Source of the DNA: Mytilus trossulus
Lineage: Eukaryota
DNA: 64,000 bases
Reading direction: 5' to 3'
Assembly (NCBI RefSeq): GCF_036588685.1
Contig: NC_086381.1
Coordinates: 33,914,001-33,978,000 of the forward strand
Shown here: positions 1 to 22,240 of the stretch, in pieces
How positions within the stretch are numbered: the first letter of the stretch is position 1
How the letters are laid out: each line of letters opens with the position of its first letter
Position numbers and translations under genes: made by a program
The notes under the pieces: model-generated
Seen by the model: only the letters and a program-made list of their open reading frames with translations
The model's database searches: none
What the model was told of the DNA's origin: nothing

Positions 1-254
1 AATAATAAGGAGCAGCACCAAAAATTAACTCTAAGCAAATAGCATATACATGTATCTTGCAAAATACCAAAACATATATATGATGCACTAAAAATTTTAA
101 AAATTTTCTGTTTAAAAATTTATTTTTAAATAATTTATGATTTATAAAGTAAAAAATTCAAATATTTCAAATTTTAAAAGGTAAAAAACAAAAATTTCAG
201 TTGCAACGCAGGCTGTTAATGCAACATAAAAAGCATGAATATTGTAACACAAAG

Positions 255-2390
255 TTATCTACAGGCAGAGCAAAAACATTCTGTTCCACTCCAGGACTGT
301 ACAAGACTCTTAAAATGTGAGAAACTGTTAACAGTCCTGAAGTGGTCAGGTAAGCTATTCCATAAAGTAGCAGCAGCAAAACTAAAAGATTTTTTTCCAT
401 ATGAGGTAGTTCTTACCTGTGGTACATGTACATCCAAAATATTGCTGTATCTAAAAGAATATTTAGTGTGTTTAATTTTTATTAAATTTTGTAAACATAC
501 AGGAGCCAAATTATTTAAAATTTTATAAGTCTCAAGTGCCATTGTCCTGATGCGTCTTACTTGTAGGGTTGGAACCTTTGCGTTCTCAAGAAGAGTTTCA
601 GAGGATGATAAATAGTCGTCGTATACAAATCGTAATGCTCTCTCTTGTATTTTTTCAGGTTTTTTAGAATTTTTCTCTGTACAAAAATGCCAAGCCAAAA
701 GGCAAAAATTAAAATTACTCAAAATAAAAGTATGAAAAATTGTAAGTTTATTTAATCTGTTTAAAAATGATCCAATTCTCTTGAGAACATTCAGCTGTTG
801 TGATGCCTTTCTACACAAGTTACTTATATGTGCATCAAATTTTAGTTGGTAATCAATATCAATTCCAAGTAACTTTACTGTTTCTTCACATGATAAAATA
901 TTTTGCTGAATTTGTATAGATGGATTTTTTGCAAAGGTTCTTTTCCCTACAGCAATAACTTGGAATTTATCAGGATTTGCCTGCATCTTATTTTCTTTAA
1001 ACCAATCAATAAGCACTTGAGACTCAGATTCTAATGTTGATATGAGATGGTCATAATCCGGACTACTAAAAGACAGAGTATTGTCGTCCGCATAATTATA
1101 TAATGTACCATCTTTAACAAAATAAAAAATATCATTTATAAAGATATTAAATAAAAGGGGCCCCAAAATAGAACCTTGGGGTACCCCTTATTGGATGTCA
1201 GCCCAGCTACTCAGAACACCGTTTACTTTAATTTGCTGTTTTCTATCAGAAAGATATGATTTTAATAAAGATACTGAATGTGGAGAAACACCATATACTA
1301 GTAATTTATCTAGTAAAATTTCATGAGGTAAGCAGTCAAAAGCTTTTGATAAATCCATAAGAACTGCAGCTATATATAAGTTTTTGTCTAAAGCTTTACG
1401 TCAGTCTTCCTGTAATCCGAGCAACGTAGTCTGACATCCATGTCCTCTACGGAAAGCACATAAATAAGGGTTAAAAATGGAATCAAAGAAATTGTATAAC
1501 TGTATTTCAAATATTTATCGTAAAATTTTGAAAAAATAGGAAACACACTGACTGGTCTGTAATTTGATTTAAGTAGTGGGTCACTCTTTTTATGTAAGGG
1601 TGTAACTTGGGCTTCTTTAAGTTTGTCTGGAAATATGCCTGTGTCCACAGTCAAATTTATAAGACTGGTTATCTGAGGTGCAACGACTATTTTTGCTGGA
1701 ATCCCATCTGCTCCAGTTGCTTTTTTGACATTAACTTTATTTATGATTTTTTCCACTTTTTCTGATGTCACCTTTTGAAATTTAAAATTTGCATCTGTTT
1801 TCAAGTGTTATTGTTCATGTATGGCATTTATGCTATGATTGTTTAATGGATCATATATAACATCATTTCCTATCTTCTCAGCGACAGTAGCAAAAAATTT
1901 ATTAAAAATATCTGATACATCTTTTGAATTATTTATAATTTTGTTTTCTTCAAATAAAATAGTCTTTTGCCCTTGGGATTTGCATTTTTTTGAAAAGAAA
2001 GGTTTGACACTATTCCAAAAATCAGCACTTTTTGATCCTCCAGAACAGCGTTCTAAAAAATATATTTTCATAGATTTCTTTTTTAACTTATTTACCAAAT
2101 TTCTTTGCTGTCTGAATTTTTCCCAAGTATGATTATTTCTTTTTTTGGTGTACTGAGAAAATAGCATGTGTTTTCTGTATATGGCTTTTCTTAATTCTCC
2201 ATTCATACATGGAAGAGGACTTTTTCTAGGATACCTTGACTTCAAAGGTGCATGTTTGTCTAGTGTTTTAATAAAGTTATTTTCATATGTTTGGTAGATC
2301 TCATTTACCTGTTCTGCAGTTGTTACTCCATCTACAATTTCAATTTTAATTTTAGCAATATCATTATTAAAGTTATCAATATCAAAATTA
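255..2390 (-). mobile_element. 5'-truncated, disabled non-LTR retrotransposon (CR1/L2-type LINE ORF2, reverse transcriptase)
   Basis: Consecutive minus-strand ORF fragments carry LINE ORF2 motifs: KKATGADGIP, VTPLHKK...NYRPVS, MDLSKAFDC, GVPQGSILGPLLFNIFIND, YADD, LLGIDID, IQERALR and WNSLP. The frame is broken by stops (TAA at ~1808 and just before GVPQG at ~1188) and frameshifts. No endonuclease domain is present, and similarity ends at ~2390. Bases 1-254 are probably the 3' UTR. Confidence 0.93.
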
Positions 2391-5300
2391 GATTAAATTA
2401 GATTAAAAGATATATTAACAATTTTTAAAATTATTAGCATTCTTATTCTAAATATATATATGAATCAACATTAGTAATAATTTGAACAAATGTTTAAAAA
2501 GTTAAATCATTACCTGACAAATAAACCTCAATTGTCATACATATCCATCTGTATCCAACTTGTAGCAATATAATAAAAAAGAAGATTAATTTGATAAAAG
2601 GTTTCCTACCAATTACAGATTTAACTAAATTCCTTTATAAATGGAGCATTTTAAAATCTTAGCTTACATTTGTATATTGACCATTTATAAATACAATTAT
2701 CCATTTTAATTTTTTGCCTATTATCTTGAAAACTGTAACTGATAGATAGTTACTTCAAATAGCAAATAAGTCAGTAAGACAAGCTCTTTAAATAATTTAG
2801 GAACAATAAACAATAAAAAAATTCAGCAATACAAGATGAGGAAAAAAGATTTTCGTCATGAATTATTATTTTCTTTCCTCACTCCTGGAGAGTGTCCATT
2901 GTTCATGAAGATACACATAGACCATTGTGAGCGACACAGTCTTTTAGGCTTAAGAGTCGATAGTTTTGCTAAGTAAAGCTAGATCAAATAATTAGGATTT
3001 TACAAAAAATCTTAATGAATACTGGTAAAGTGAGCAATTTGACGGTCTCTGATTAATTTATGATTGAGAAACAGTTTAGTTTGATAGAACATGCCTGTAT
3101 CTATTCATTTACAATATATGATACAAGAGGCTTATATATTAATGTGGAAAGAATACATGGATTGAAGGTTGATATTTTAACAAAAGGTTGAATTGACTTC
3201 TAACCTTTTGCTAAAATATCATGGTTCATATTGTTTGTTAAAAATGTGGAATACAAAAATGTATATATATGCATTTATTAATAAATAGCTGAAATAAAAA
3301 CTTTGCATCAAAACCCTTTGCTTGTCATTTGACCCCTTAGGTGTCTAAAAAAATCATTTGAATATTGAATTTTAATTTTTTATTCAACTCTTTTGAAATT
3401 AAAATACAAAATTTAAATCACTACCAAGAAGCATGTACAATAAATGTATTCTGAAAATTCATGGTCCTTTAAAGAAGACAAAGAGTTAGGTGTTATAAAT
3501 GTTTGATCAACACCTGATAGATACACATCTTTTTAATTGTCCTATTTAACTAGCTTGAACCTGCCTTTATATATAAAATATATAACTATGATGTAGAATT
3601 TTGATAGGGAACTAACTAATTTGCCAATCACGAAATGTTGGCCTACTTAAGATCGATTGATACCATATCACAGGTGATATTACTGTAAATGGTAAGTGCT
3701 TCAATACTGAATATCTTTAAATTTTTTTAAAATAATTTCATAAATCAGTGCTATTTATTATAATCTAAATGCTTTGAACGTTACATTTTTTTTTCAAATG
3801 TACTTGGACTCTGTTGGAAAAACTATTAGGAGAGAATTTATTGTTTACTTATAGTTACGTATACCTAGATTACACTTGTAATTAATAACAATAAATTTTT
3901 GTTTTCACATTAAATCTCAATATAAAATGCATCATATATCTTTAAGATACTTATTACGTTCATTTGGATATCGATATTTCTGAAATGGCAAAATGTCCAT
4001 TATTATTATACAGAGTAAAAACAGTCTTCATTTTAATTTTGACGCATTGGTTTGTAAATAAAATAGAGTCAAAGAGACAACAACCTGACAAAAAACTAAA
4101 AACAACCCCAGGCCACAAATGGGTTTTCAACCCAGCAAGAAAATCTTGCACCTAGAGGCGGCTTCAGCTTGATCCTTACCCAAATTATTCCACACTCAAA
4201 TTAGAGTCTTCCTTTTGAACCCTTTTTATTGACAGAATAAATATAGTTGTTAATTTCCTTGTCATTTGGTTTCTTTTGGAGAGTTGTCTCATTGGCAATC
4301 AAACTACATCTTATTTTCTATAAAGACATGTAAATGAAGTGGGTAAAAAGGAATTCTTGTTAATGACCTTATTGTTATGTATGAAACAAGGATGTATAAA
4401 CACATAAAAGTCCACACACACTATGGAACACACTTTAACAGTAAATAAACTCACTAAAATGTAAAGTATCAATATATTAGAAATAAAATGTCAAACCCAA
4501 GATCTTCCTGAGATTGAAAAGATGAGCCTAAATTAAATAAAGATCTCTACAACCAACACATAAAACCTCAAAGGACAAAAAAATATCAAGATATGAATAA
4601 AGGCAGGTTTCTGTCTTATGACATGCACTTTACATGTGTCTAGTTTTAGATAGAATCTATCTTATTGAGTTGAAAGGATACATCAGATACAACATATGCA
4701 TACCTGTAACATGTACTGGAGTATGTTGTTTAAAACCCATAAAGTTAAAATCATGCCATACATAAAATGAATAAAGAAGGTTTAAATGGATGCACTGTAT
4801 ACTGTAATATATAATGCAAACATGTCCTTGAGTTTTTTCTTTTACTATCAGGTACACTTGATCAGTCAAAGTGATTTAAGTGAAATTCAATAGTCAAGAT
4901 TCAATATTACATATTCTTCTATTATAAATCGATACTATTTGCTCAATGTTCAAAAGTCAAATGATTTATAATAGTAATCTGGATTTATGACATAAAGACC
5001 AAAGACTTTTAAATCTAATAAGGTTAGTCAGTTTAAATTTTCTTAAAAATAAAATGGTAATCTTTTCAATTTGATTATCTATCTTTTCAGAACAGTGCTC
5101 ATTTTAGTTCAGGTTTATTTATGTAGATTTTAAACATAAAGTTGGCCAGATAATATGTAATTTCTTTTTTCAAATTGTCAATAATAGGTCTATGTTTGCA
5201 TTATTTTTTGAAGAAAAATTATGTACATGGTAAAATTTGATTTTGACAATTTGGACTTTATTTTGGCAATGATGAAGGCATGATTTATCTCATATGATAA

Positions 5301-5929
5301 GTTGTTGATTTTCCTATATATCATGTATATACTTACTTGATAGGTAAGTTATTCTGGTACACTTTATTCTGTCTACTTCAAAAAAGCCATGGTATATTGG
5401 TGTGAGACTTTGCATTTGTGCCAATTGGCAGTTTATTTGCGGCAGACACACTTTTTAATTTACACCAAAAATCAAAATATTTCATTTGCATCATTACACT
5501 ATTTATAAGGTAAGATTTTAAATAATAGAAAGACAATTTTTATTTTTTGTTTATATTAATTACTTCTATTTGCCAGCATTACATGTTTCCTGTCAGCATC
5601 AGGGGGAGGTTAAAGAAGAATATTTAGAAGGATAAGTTCCTAAGATTTTTATAAGGTTAAAATCCAATATCTACAGATTGTGCTTGCAACATCAATGACA
5701 GTACGGTGTGTGTCCCATGTTTCTATTCTTCAATAATCAATACACAGAAACACTGGAAAATCTGTTAATATGGGTTGTCTTTACAAAAAAGGACTAATTT
5801 CACCTGTTTGTCACTAATTGAACTACATGTATGTCAATCTTGTTGTCTCGAAAAGTTGATGTTGCACAATTTTATACTCAAGTGCCTTTACTTAGATTAA
5901 GTATTGCTTATTTATAATAAATGTCTATG

Positions 5930-7260
5930 GTCCTTGACCTTATTTTCATGATTCCACGACTGCTTGAAAAAAAAACACATTTTTTTGTCATGAATTCTCA
6001 CTTATTATCAGTATAAAGATAACTATATTTGGTATTTGGTAGCTAGTATTTGGGTATCTTGCAATGTCTACATGTCAGACAGGGTTGACCTGACCTTGAC
6101 TATATTTTATGGATCAGTGATCAAGGTTATGGTTAAAGTTACATTATTATGTCTGTTTCTCAGTAACTATAAACATTTACCGGTATTCAACTATATGTTG
6201 TGTATGGCATGATTGTAAGGGGTCATCTGACCTTGACTTCATTTTCATGGTTCAGTGATCAATGTTAAGATTTTGTGTATCGTTCAGTTTTTCAAGTACT
6301 TCAAGCAATAGGTCAACTATATTTGGTGTATGGAATCTATTGTAAAGTGTTTATGTCAGTCTAGCAGCGTCATTTAGCCTTGACCTAATTTTCATGGTTC
6401 ATTGGTAAATGTTAAATTTGTGTTTTGGTATGTTTTTCAAGTACTAAAAGCAGTAGGTCAGGTATGCATGATTTGTGGAATAAATCTAAAGTGTACATGT
6501 CTGTTAGGCAGGTATTTACTAACCTTTTGCCCTTATTTTCATGGTACATTGGTCAAGGTTAAAGTTACATGTTTTAATGGGTCCGTTTCTCAGATACTAA
6601 AAGCAGTAGCTCAACTACATGTGGTGTATATATGGAATGATTGTAAAGGGTACATGTCTATCTGACATTGACCTCATTTTCATGGTTCATTGGTCAATGT
6701 TGAGTTTTTGTGTCTTGTTCTGTTTTTCAAATACTCTTTAGCATTTGGTGTATGGAATAATTGTAAGGTGTACATGTGTGTATGGAATAACTGTAAGATG
6801 TACATGTTTGTATGGAATAATTGTAAGGTGTACATGTGTGTATGGAATAATTGTAAGGTGTACATGTGTGTATGGAATAACTGTAAGGTGTACATGTGTG
6901 TATGGGATAATTGTAAGGTGTACATGTGTGTATGGAATAATTGTATGGTGTACATGTGTGTATGGAATAATTGTAAGGTGTACATGTGTGTATGGAATAA
7001 TTGTAAGGTGTACATGTGTGTATGGAATAATTGTAAGGTGTACATGTGTGTATGGAATAATTGTAAGGTGTACATGTTTGTTTGACTTCCTTGGATCTTT
7101 AAAAATGTAAAGTTTATGTGATACTTGTAGTAAAACCTTTATCTTTAAGACTGTAAAGTTTATGTGATACATGTAGTAAAACCTTTATCTTTAAGCCTTT
7201 CAACCTGAAATCAATGGATAGTACCGGTAAGACAAGTGAGACATCTCAGCATGTGCACTC
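5930..7260 (+). mobile_element. Non-autonomous repeat element with internal ~140-bp diverged tandem units (HINE/Helentron-like)
   Basis: Recurring TGACCTTGACCTCATTTTCATGGTTCA-like and TTTGGTGTATGGAATGATTGTAAGG-like blocks between 5930 and 6750. Ends in a GTGAGACATCTCAGCATGTGCACTC terminal block. A related, more decayed copy lies on the minus strand at ~24250-24620. The family assignment is inference. Confidence 0.6.
6748..7080. repeat. 30-bp minisatellite, 11 copies (GTGTATGGAATAATTGTAAGGTGTACATGT)
   Basis: Near-perfect tandem array visible directly. It explains the four overlapping repetitive ORFs at 6680-7172. Confidence 0.97.
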
Positions 7261-7397
7261 ATACCCGTAGGTACCCCCCCTTGAAAACAAATAAGCACTG
7301 TTAAAGTCAATGTTCTGTTTGAATTGTGACTGTTAAAGTCGAGTTTGTGAGTCCAACTACTCCCCCCCCCCCTTGGAAATTCCTGGCTACGGGCCTG
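7260..7397. mobile_element. Small MITE-like insertion nested in the 3' end of the preceding element (possibly hAT-derived)
   Basis: Imperfect terminal inverted repeats CATACCCGTAG / CTACGGGCCTG. The direct repeat GCACTCAT at 7255-7262 and 7398-7405 flanks or overlaps the ends, so the TSD boundary is ambiguous. Confidence 0.45.
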
Positions 7398-8825
7398 GCA
7401 CTCATGTTTTACTTCAGATGTTTTAAATTCAATTGATATAAATATACTGACAGACAGGTACTACTTTACTTTGTAAAATACTAAAAAGGATTCACTCAAT
7501 TCATGTATGTTTGTTTGTTAAAACAATTTGCATCATCATCGCTATTCATTTATTCAGTTATAATTGGATTTTCTATCATCTCCAGGGAATAGAACAAAGT
7601 TTGCAACTTCCGTCTTTATTAAATATGAAAATATCTGAATGGAAATATTCAGTAGCTAATGGCTTATTTCCATGTATCTCTATTGTTAACAATTGCTTTG
7701 CTGTGGGTACGGACAAAATCAATATTTGGATCTAATCAAACTTTAATTGAAAATCTTATGTTTCCTTTCAACTAGGGGTAAAAATTACACTTTTAGTTGT
7801 TCACACTTTTGGAAACTTAACATTACTAGCATGATGTGAATATATTTTGTTTGCTTTAAAACTTTGATTTTTGCCACTATATTTTGTTAAATTCGGATAA
7901 TAATTATGTTCCCACCAATAAAAGGTAAATACATGTTCATATCCATATTTTATATTATTTGGTTAAAATTTAAAAAAACTGACACTGTTATTGCTGTTCT
8001 ATATTTATATATATTACCATAGTGTGAAATTTGATTTCAACAACAAGTTTACAAATTCAGTCCTCTCTGTAGGCTTAGTAACCTTGAGTTGAATGGTGCT
8101 TATGCTAAGCAAGAAACAAAGTTAAAAGTACAACTAGTTTATTTGAATATTTGACACCATTCAAACTAGGTTAAGGAGATAAGGTAAGTCTGTACTGACA
8201 TCTTTTGCCAATTAAGACTTAGACGATGATAAAATATGGAATGCAACCATTGCCATGGGTTAAAAAAAAATCTTCTTTTTTTTTCATGATATACAGAATG
8301 ATGACCATCATGATTTAAAATGACATATTTGTCATTTGACAAGGATGATTTGCATGAGAGAGAAAGTGGACATCCCTTACTTCCGACATGAAAAAAGGAA
8401 ACAGCATTTATTACCAAATCACACATCATTTTCCTTTATTTTACAAGTAAACTAATTCCCCCACCTATCTATTACTTTTAATTTTTTTTGTAATTTTTAT
8501 TCTGCCTTGAACTATAAGTACACAATGTACATGTTGCACCATGTTCTCACAACTCCTTGTATAGGATTTATCTTATCAACATGATGTATTAGATTCTTAT
8601 ATGCAGAAGATTTGGTTCATTCAGGTAAAGTTCTACCTGGTATTTTTTTTATGTTTGCCCCATAAAACTTATTATGTAAATGCATTTTACATGAAATATT
8701 CATTTATATTTATTCATATTAGGTTTTTATGTTTGAATATTTCAGCCTTATGAAAAATCGATAAATTATTTGATATAAATGATTTTCTGATTTTCATAAT
8801 TGAAATCTAATTTGCTATCATTTTT

Positions 8826-10120
8826 AGCTCACCTGGCCCGAAGGGCCAAGTGAGCTTTTCCCATCACTTGGCGTCCGTCGTCGTCGTCCTGCGTCTGGCG
8901 TCCGTCGTCGTTAGCTTTTACAAAGATCTTCTCCTCTGAAACTACTGGGCCAAATTTAACCAAACTTGGCCACAATCATTATTGGGGTATCTAGTTTAAA
9001 AAATGTGTGGCGTGACCCGGTCAACCAATCAAGATGGCCGCCACGGTTAAAAATAGACCATAGGGGTAAAATGCCGTTTTTGGCTTATAACTCAAAAACC
9101 AAAGCATTTAGAGCAAATCTGACATAGGTATAAATGTTGATCAGGTCAAGATTTATCTGCCCTGAAATTTTCAGACGAATCGGACAACCCTTTGTTGGGT
9201 TGCTGCCCCTGAATTGGTAATTTTAAGGAAATTTTGCTGATTTTTGTTATTATCTTGAATATTATTATAGATAGAGATAAACTGTAAACAGCAATTATGT
9301 TCAGCAAAGTAAGATTAACAAATAAGTCAACATGACCGGAATGGTCAGTTGACCCTTTTAGGAGTTATTGCCCTTTATAGTCAATTTTTTACCATTTTTC
9401 GTAAATCTTAGTTATCTTTTACAAAAATCTTCTTCTCTGAAACTTTCGGGCCAAATTAATCCAAACTTGGCAACAATCATTTTTGGGGTATCTAGTTTTA
9501 AAAATGTGTGGCGTGACCCAGTCAACCAACCAAGATGGCCGCAACAGCAAAAATAGAACATAGGGGTAAAATACAGTTTTTGGCTTATAACTAAAAAACC
9601 AAAGCATTTAGAGCAAATCTGACGAGGGGTATAATTGTTTATCAGGTCAAGATCTATCTGCCCTGAAATTTTCAGATGAATTGGACAACCCTTTGTTTGG
9701 TTGCTGCCCCTGAATTGGTAATTTTAAGGAAATTTTGCTGTTTTTGGTTATTATCTTGAATATTATTATAGATAGAGATAAACTGTAAACAGCATTAATG
9801 TTCAGCAAAGTAGGATTGACAAATAAGTCAACATGACCAAAATGGTCAATTGACCCCCTTAGGAGTTATTGTCCTTTATAGTCAATTTTTAACACTTTTC
9901 ATAAAATTTGTAAATTTTTATTAACATTTTCCACTGAAACTTCTGGGCAAAGTTCATTATAGATAGAGATAATTGTAAGCAGCAAGACTGTTTATTACAG
10001 TAAGATTTACAAACACATCACCATCACCTAAACACAATTTTGTCATGAATCCATCTGCTTCCTTTGTTTAATATTCACATAAACCAAGGTGAGCGACACA
10101 GGCTCTTTAGAGCCTCTAGT
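8826..10120 (+). mobile_element. Apparently full-length HINE (Helentron-associated non-autonomous element)
   Basis: Sits in a T-run. 5' end AGCTCACCTGGCCCGAAGGGCCAAGTGAGCT (subterminal IR plus hairpin), then a CGT microsatellite and two ~500-bp tandem core repeats (8920-9420, 9421-9920) with a partial third. 3' end has the subTIR partner AGGTGAGC, a hairpin AGGCTCT-TT-AGAGCCT and CTAGT. Confidence 0.85.
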
Positions 10121-10535
10121 TATTACCTTCATTACCCTTCACACGCTTAGTAACAGATGAACAAAAACATGAACTATCTTTAATTTGAATTGATTATTTG
10201 TTGTTTGTCCAGTGGCAAAATATTTAATGCATTGAAAGGGGACATGATAGAAAGGAAAAGAGAAAAAATAAGAGGGAAAAGGAGGACGAAGGAAATAATG
10301 CAACCAGATTTCATGACCTGTAGATAGTGTGCACGGAACACAATCCATTTAAATGGTTTATATCTTTTTGCATTAAAAATATCATAGGCTTAAAAGTGAA
10401 GGAATATAAGTGTTTTTAAATAAAATATCTTGAACTGTCTTATCCGATGGAAACAACATACACTTTTGGCTGTAAAAAAACTGGTTAAAATTAAATAACA
10501 AATATTTATGTAAAATTGGATTCTTTTTCTTTCAG

Positions 10536-19161
<8,626 letters not shown>

Positions 19162-19674
19162 CACTGTAGTGTCGTATTTAATTTGTTTAATATTTATTAT
19201 GGAGGAAATCTATTCATTGGTTGTCTATTTTTTGTAGCAGGGAATAAAGTATTAACTGAAATCATTGTGATACAAATGTATTTGTGCAATCAGATTTGAC
19301 TAACGGTAGTATAAAACAACTTCATTATGTCTTGATACATGTACTACATAAACATGATATTTTCTGAATGCGAGATAGTTTTATAAAACTTTTTTATGAG
19401 GTCTCATTATCAACTGAAATGTCTGAAAAGTTATCCCTTTCTGTAATGTTGTACTAAGAAATGACCTATATATGCTTAAATTTTTATTGATACTACTGTC
19501 TCTTTCAATAAATCAGATGATTCAAAATGTGGAAAATCTATGTAATGATGAAAAGGCAAAATACTGATGAATTTAGAATGAATTTAATCTATTTGTACTA
19601 TTTCTTTGGTTTTTAATGCAATCCATGCAATTGTAATAAATTTCTAGTTTAAATATTCCTCAAATAAGATCTGC

Positions 19675-20000
19675 GATAATAGTTATCAAAGGTATCAGGA
19701 TTATAATTTAGTACGCCAGACGCGCGTTTCATCTACATAAGACTCATCAGTGACGCTCATATCAAAATATGTGTAAACAGGTAAAGCCAAACAAGTACAA
19801 AGTTGAAGAGCATTGAGGATCCAAAATTCCAAAAAGTTGTGCTAAATACGGCTTAGGTAATCTATTCCTGGGATAGGAAAATCCTTAGTTTTTCAAAAAA
19901 AATCAAATTTTTGTAAACAGGAAATTTATAAAAATTACCACATTATTGATATTCATGTCAACACCGAATACTGGGCTGGTGATACCCTTGGGTACAAAAC
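19675..20000 (+). repeat. Interspersed repeat fragment downstream of the sirtuin stop
   Basis: CpG-containing block (GTACGCCAGACGCGCGTTTC...CATCAGTGACGCTC) that stands out from its AT-rich surroundings and resembles an abundant bivalve repeat. It is single-copy in this window, so the call rests on recognition only. Confidence 0.45.
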
Positions 20001-21496
20001 GCTTTTAAAATCCTTAAATGTGACAAAATTTATGATTTAATGGATGTTGTTCAATGTCAAGATACTAAGATCATGTATGAATAACATGGAGAAACTACAA
20101 TTTAGGCTAATTAATTGTCTCTAAAACATAGATATTTAAATGTCTACAATCTATGTATTCAATTACCCCAGTATTGCCTTTTTCTTTTGATAAACATAGT
20201 ACTATACAGTTCATTTGACTTCCACATACATGTGCTTGGAAATAATTTACAACACAGTCCCTGCTCAATTTCTCATTCAAACTTTCATTTACATTTATGA
20301 ATATTATGGACAAAATAATCTTCAAAATATACCTTCGTCATTTTGAACAGTAACAACATTTTAATTAGGTTATGTTAAATAATTGCACTTGTAGTAAAAT
20401 TCATTGTTAAAAATTCCCGGTACTAATCAAGTTATTTTTAGAAATCAAACTTTTACATTTTTTATATAAGGATTACCTCATTTTAGATGTATATTATATT
20501 AATTTATTTGGTGCTGGATCATTTTTGTTTAACATTGTACATCTTCCTAATAAGATCAACCAATCAGAAAATAGAGTACAAGGAATGTACCAAATAATAA
20601 ATTTTAACCAATGAATAACATTGTCACAAAGTATTGATTTGCATTTCCAATAACTTGGTTTGGTTAACAATATGGCCAGTTAAAATTAGATTTTCTTTGT
20701 ATTTGTTGGAACTGAACAAACTGGCTTTAATATGTGAAATTGTTGTAACGACATCAAAAGTGCAGGAAGTTTAGTTGGTATTCTTTCAAGAACTGATGTG
20801 TCAATAGAAATTTAAATTCTAATTGATTATTAAAGTTGTCAACTTTACAAATTAGAAATTTAATAAAATTATTAACCACAACAACAAAATCTTACATAAA
20901 TTTGCCTAAATTTTTTTTTTTTAATTTTAATGATAAGTTTCCAGAAAACTAAACATAGTTTGAATGAAATTGAATTACACATGTTCAGCATTACATTTTA
21001 CTAACTTTAAGAGCAGAGAAATGTAATCATGTTTAATATGTAACTGTTTATAAACTGCATGTTATATTGAGATTTATTTTTCTGGTTCAAGGGAGATAAC
21101 CCAATGTTCCATTTGCCTTACAAATCATGTACACGTAAATGTATGCATGATATGTACACTACATAAGAAATTATTTCTATTGTCAAAAGTCTGAACATTT
21201 CTTAAAACTACATGTGTTTTAAAGCCTGAGTCTTCAATGTATTTTGCTATTCTATATCAACACAGATGTGCCATTATAAAACAGCTTTATTTGTTCTGTA
21301 GAACTTGTTGTACTATGTACAGCATATTAGAAGATATTAATTATGATTGTGATATAAAGAGTAACTTGCCTATTTATTTATTGTAATCAGAGATATTTGT
21401 TATATGTATTTATGGTATTAATTATTACTGGTAGTCTTAACTCGGAATATTGTTATTAATTTATATTAAAACACTTTTCACTATGTTTTTGTAATC

Positions 21497-21760
21497 AAAT
21501 TGAGAATGGAAATGGGGAATGTGTCAAAGAGACTACAACCCAACCATTGAAAAGGTAACAGCAGAAGGTCACCAACAGGACTTCAATGTAGCGAGAAATT
21601 CCTGCACCCACAGGCTTTAACTGGCCCCCAAACAAATATATACTAGTTCAGTGATAATGAACGCCATACTAAACTCCAAATTGTACACAAGAAACTAAAT
21701 TTTAATAATACAAGACTAGAAAAGGCCAGAGGATCCTGACTTGGGACAGGCACACAAATG
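21497..21760 (+). repeat. Short interspersed repeat family A
   Basis: AAATTGAGAATGGAAATGGGGAATGTGTCAAAGAGAC...CTGGCCCC...TACTAGTTCAGTGAT. Homologous copies in the window at 27835-28031 (-), ~16003-16270, ~37400-37630 and ~4060-4180. Confidence 0.85.
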
Positions 21761-22084
21761 TAATGTATGAATATATCCCAGTGGTTTTTTACTTCTTTTG
21801 TAAATGTACATCTTCCTTTACGTGAACTGGTTACTTTCAAATTTGATACATTGCATGAAAATGTCAGATGAACCTATGTTAATATTCAATGATAAAAATT
21901 ATGAACGGTATGGATGTATAAGTTAAGGAAACAGCAGTTTTTAGAATACAAGTTTGAGGAGTACCAATATATGTTTCTTACATAGTCTGTAACTGAGCAC
22001 TGGATCACTCCACAATGCTCAGATTTTCAGTTATTTGCTGACTTGTTTCGGTTCTGGTTCCTGTGTCAGCTTTTGCCCTAGCTC

Positions 22085-22240
22085 TCAAATGTCTGGATAG
22101 TTGGGTGCATTTACAACATTGCTGGGTAAGCTGTTCCATATTGGTGCAATTTCTTTGGGGAAGAAATTTGATCTTATTGTTTTGTTGCATCTTTGAATAG
22201 CCAGTTTCTTGTTGTGTCCTCTAGTTGCAGAAGTATAAAA
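22085..22240 (-). mobile_element. CR1-type LINE 3' fragment (ORF2 C-terminus)
   Basis: A minus-strand frame not listed in the ORF track reads SATRGHNKKLAIQRCNKTIRSNFFPKEIAPIWNSLPSNVVNAP. This matches the TRGH..KL...R..FF......WNSLP..VV.A signature of the CR1 ORF2 end. Confidence 0.8.

Noticed and set aside
6680-7172. Four overlapping repetitive ORFs (MYTLQLFHTH..., CVWNNCKVYM...)
   Set aside because: They are by-products of a 30-bp tandem repeat inside a TE; no splice or homology support.
22005-22190. 61-aa minus-strand ORF
   Set aside because: It is an alternative frame of a CR1 LINE 3' fragment.
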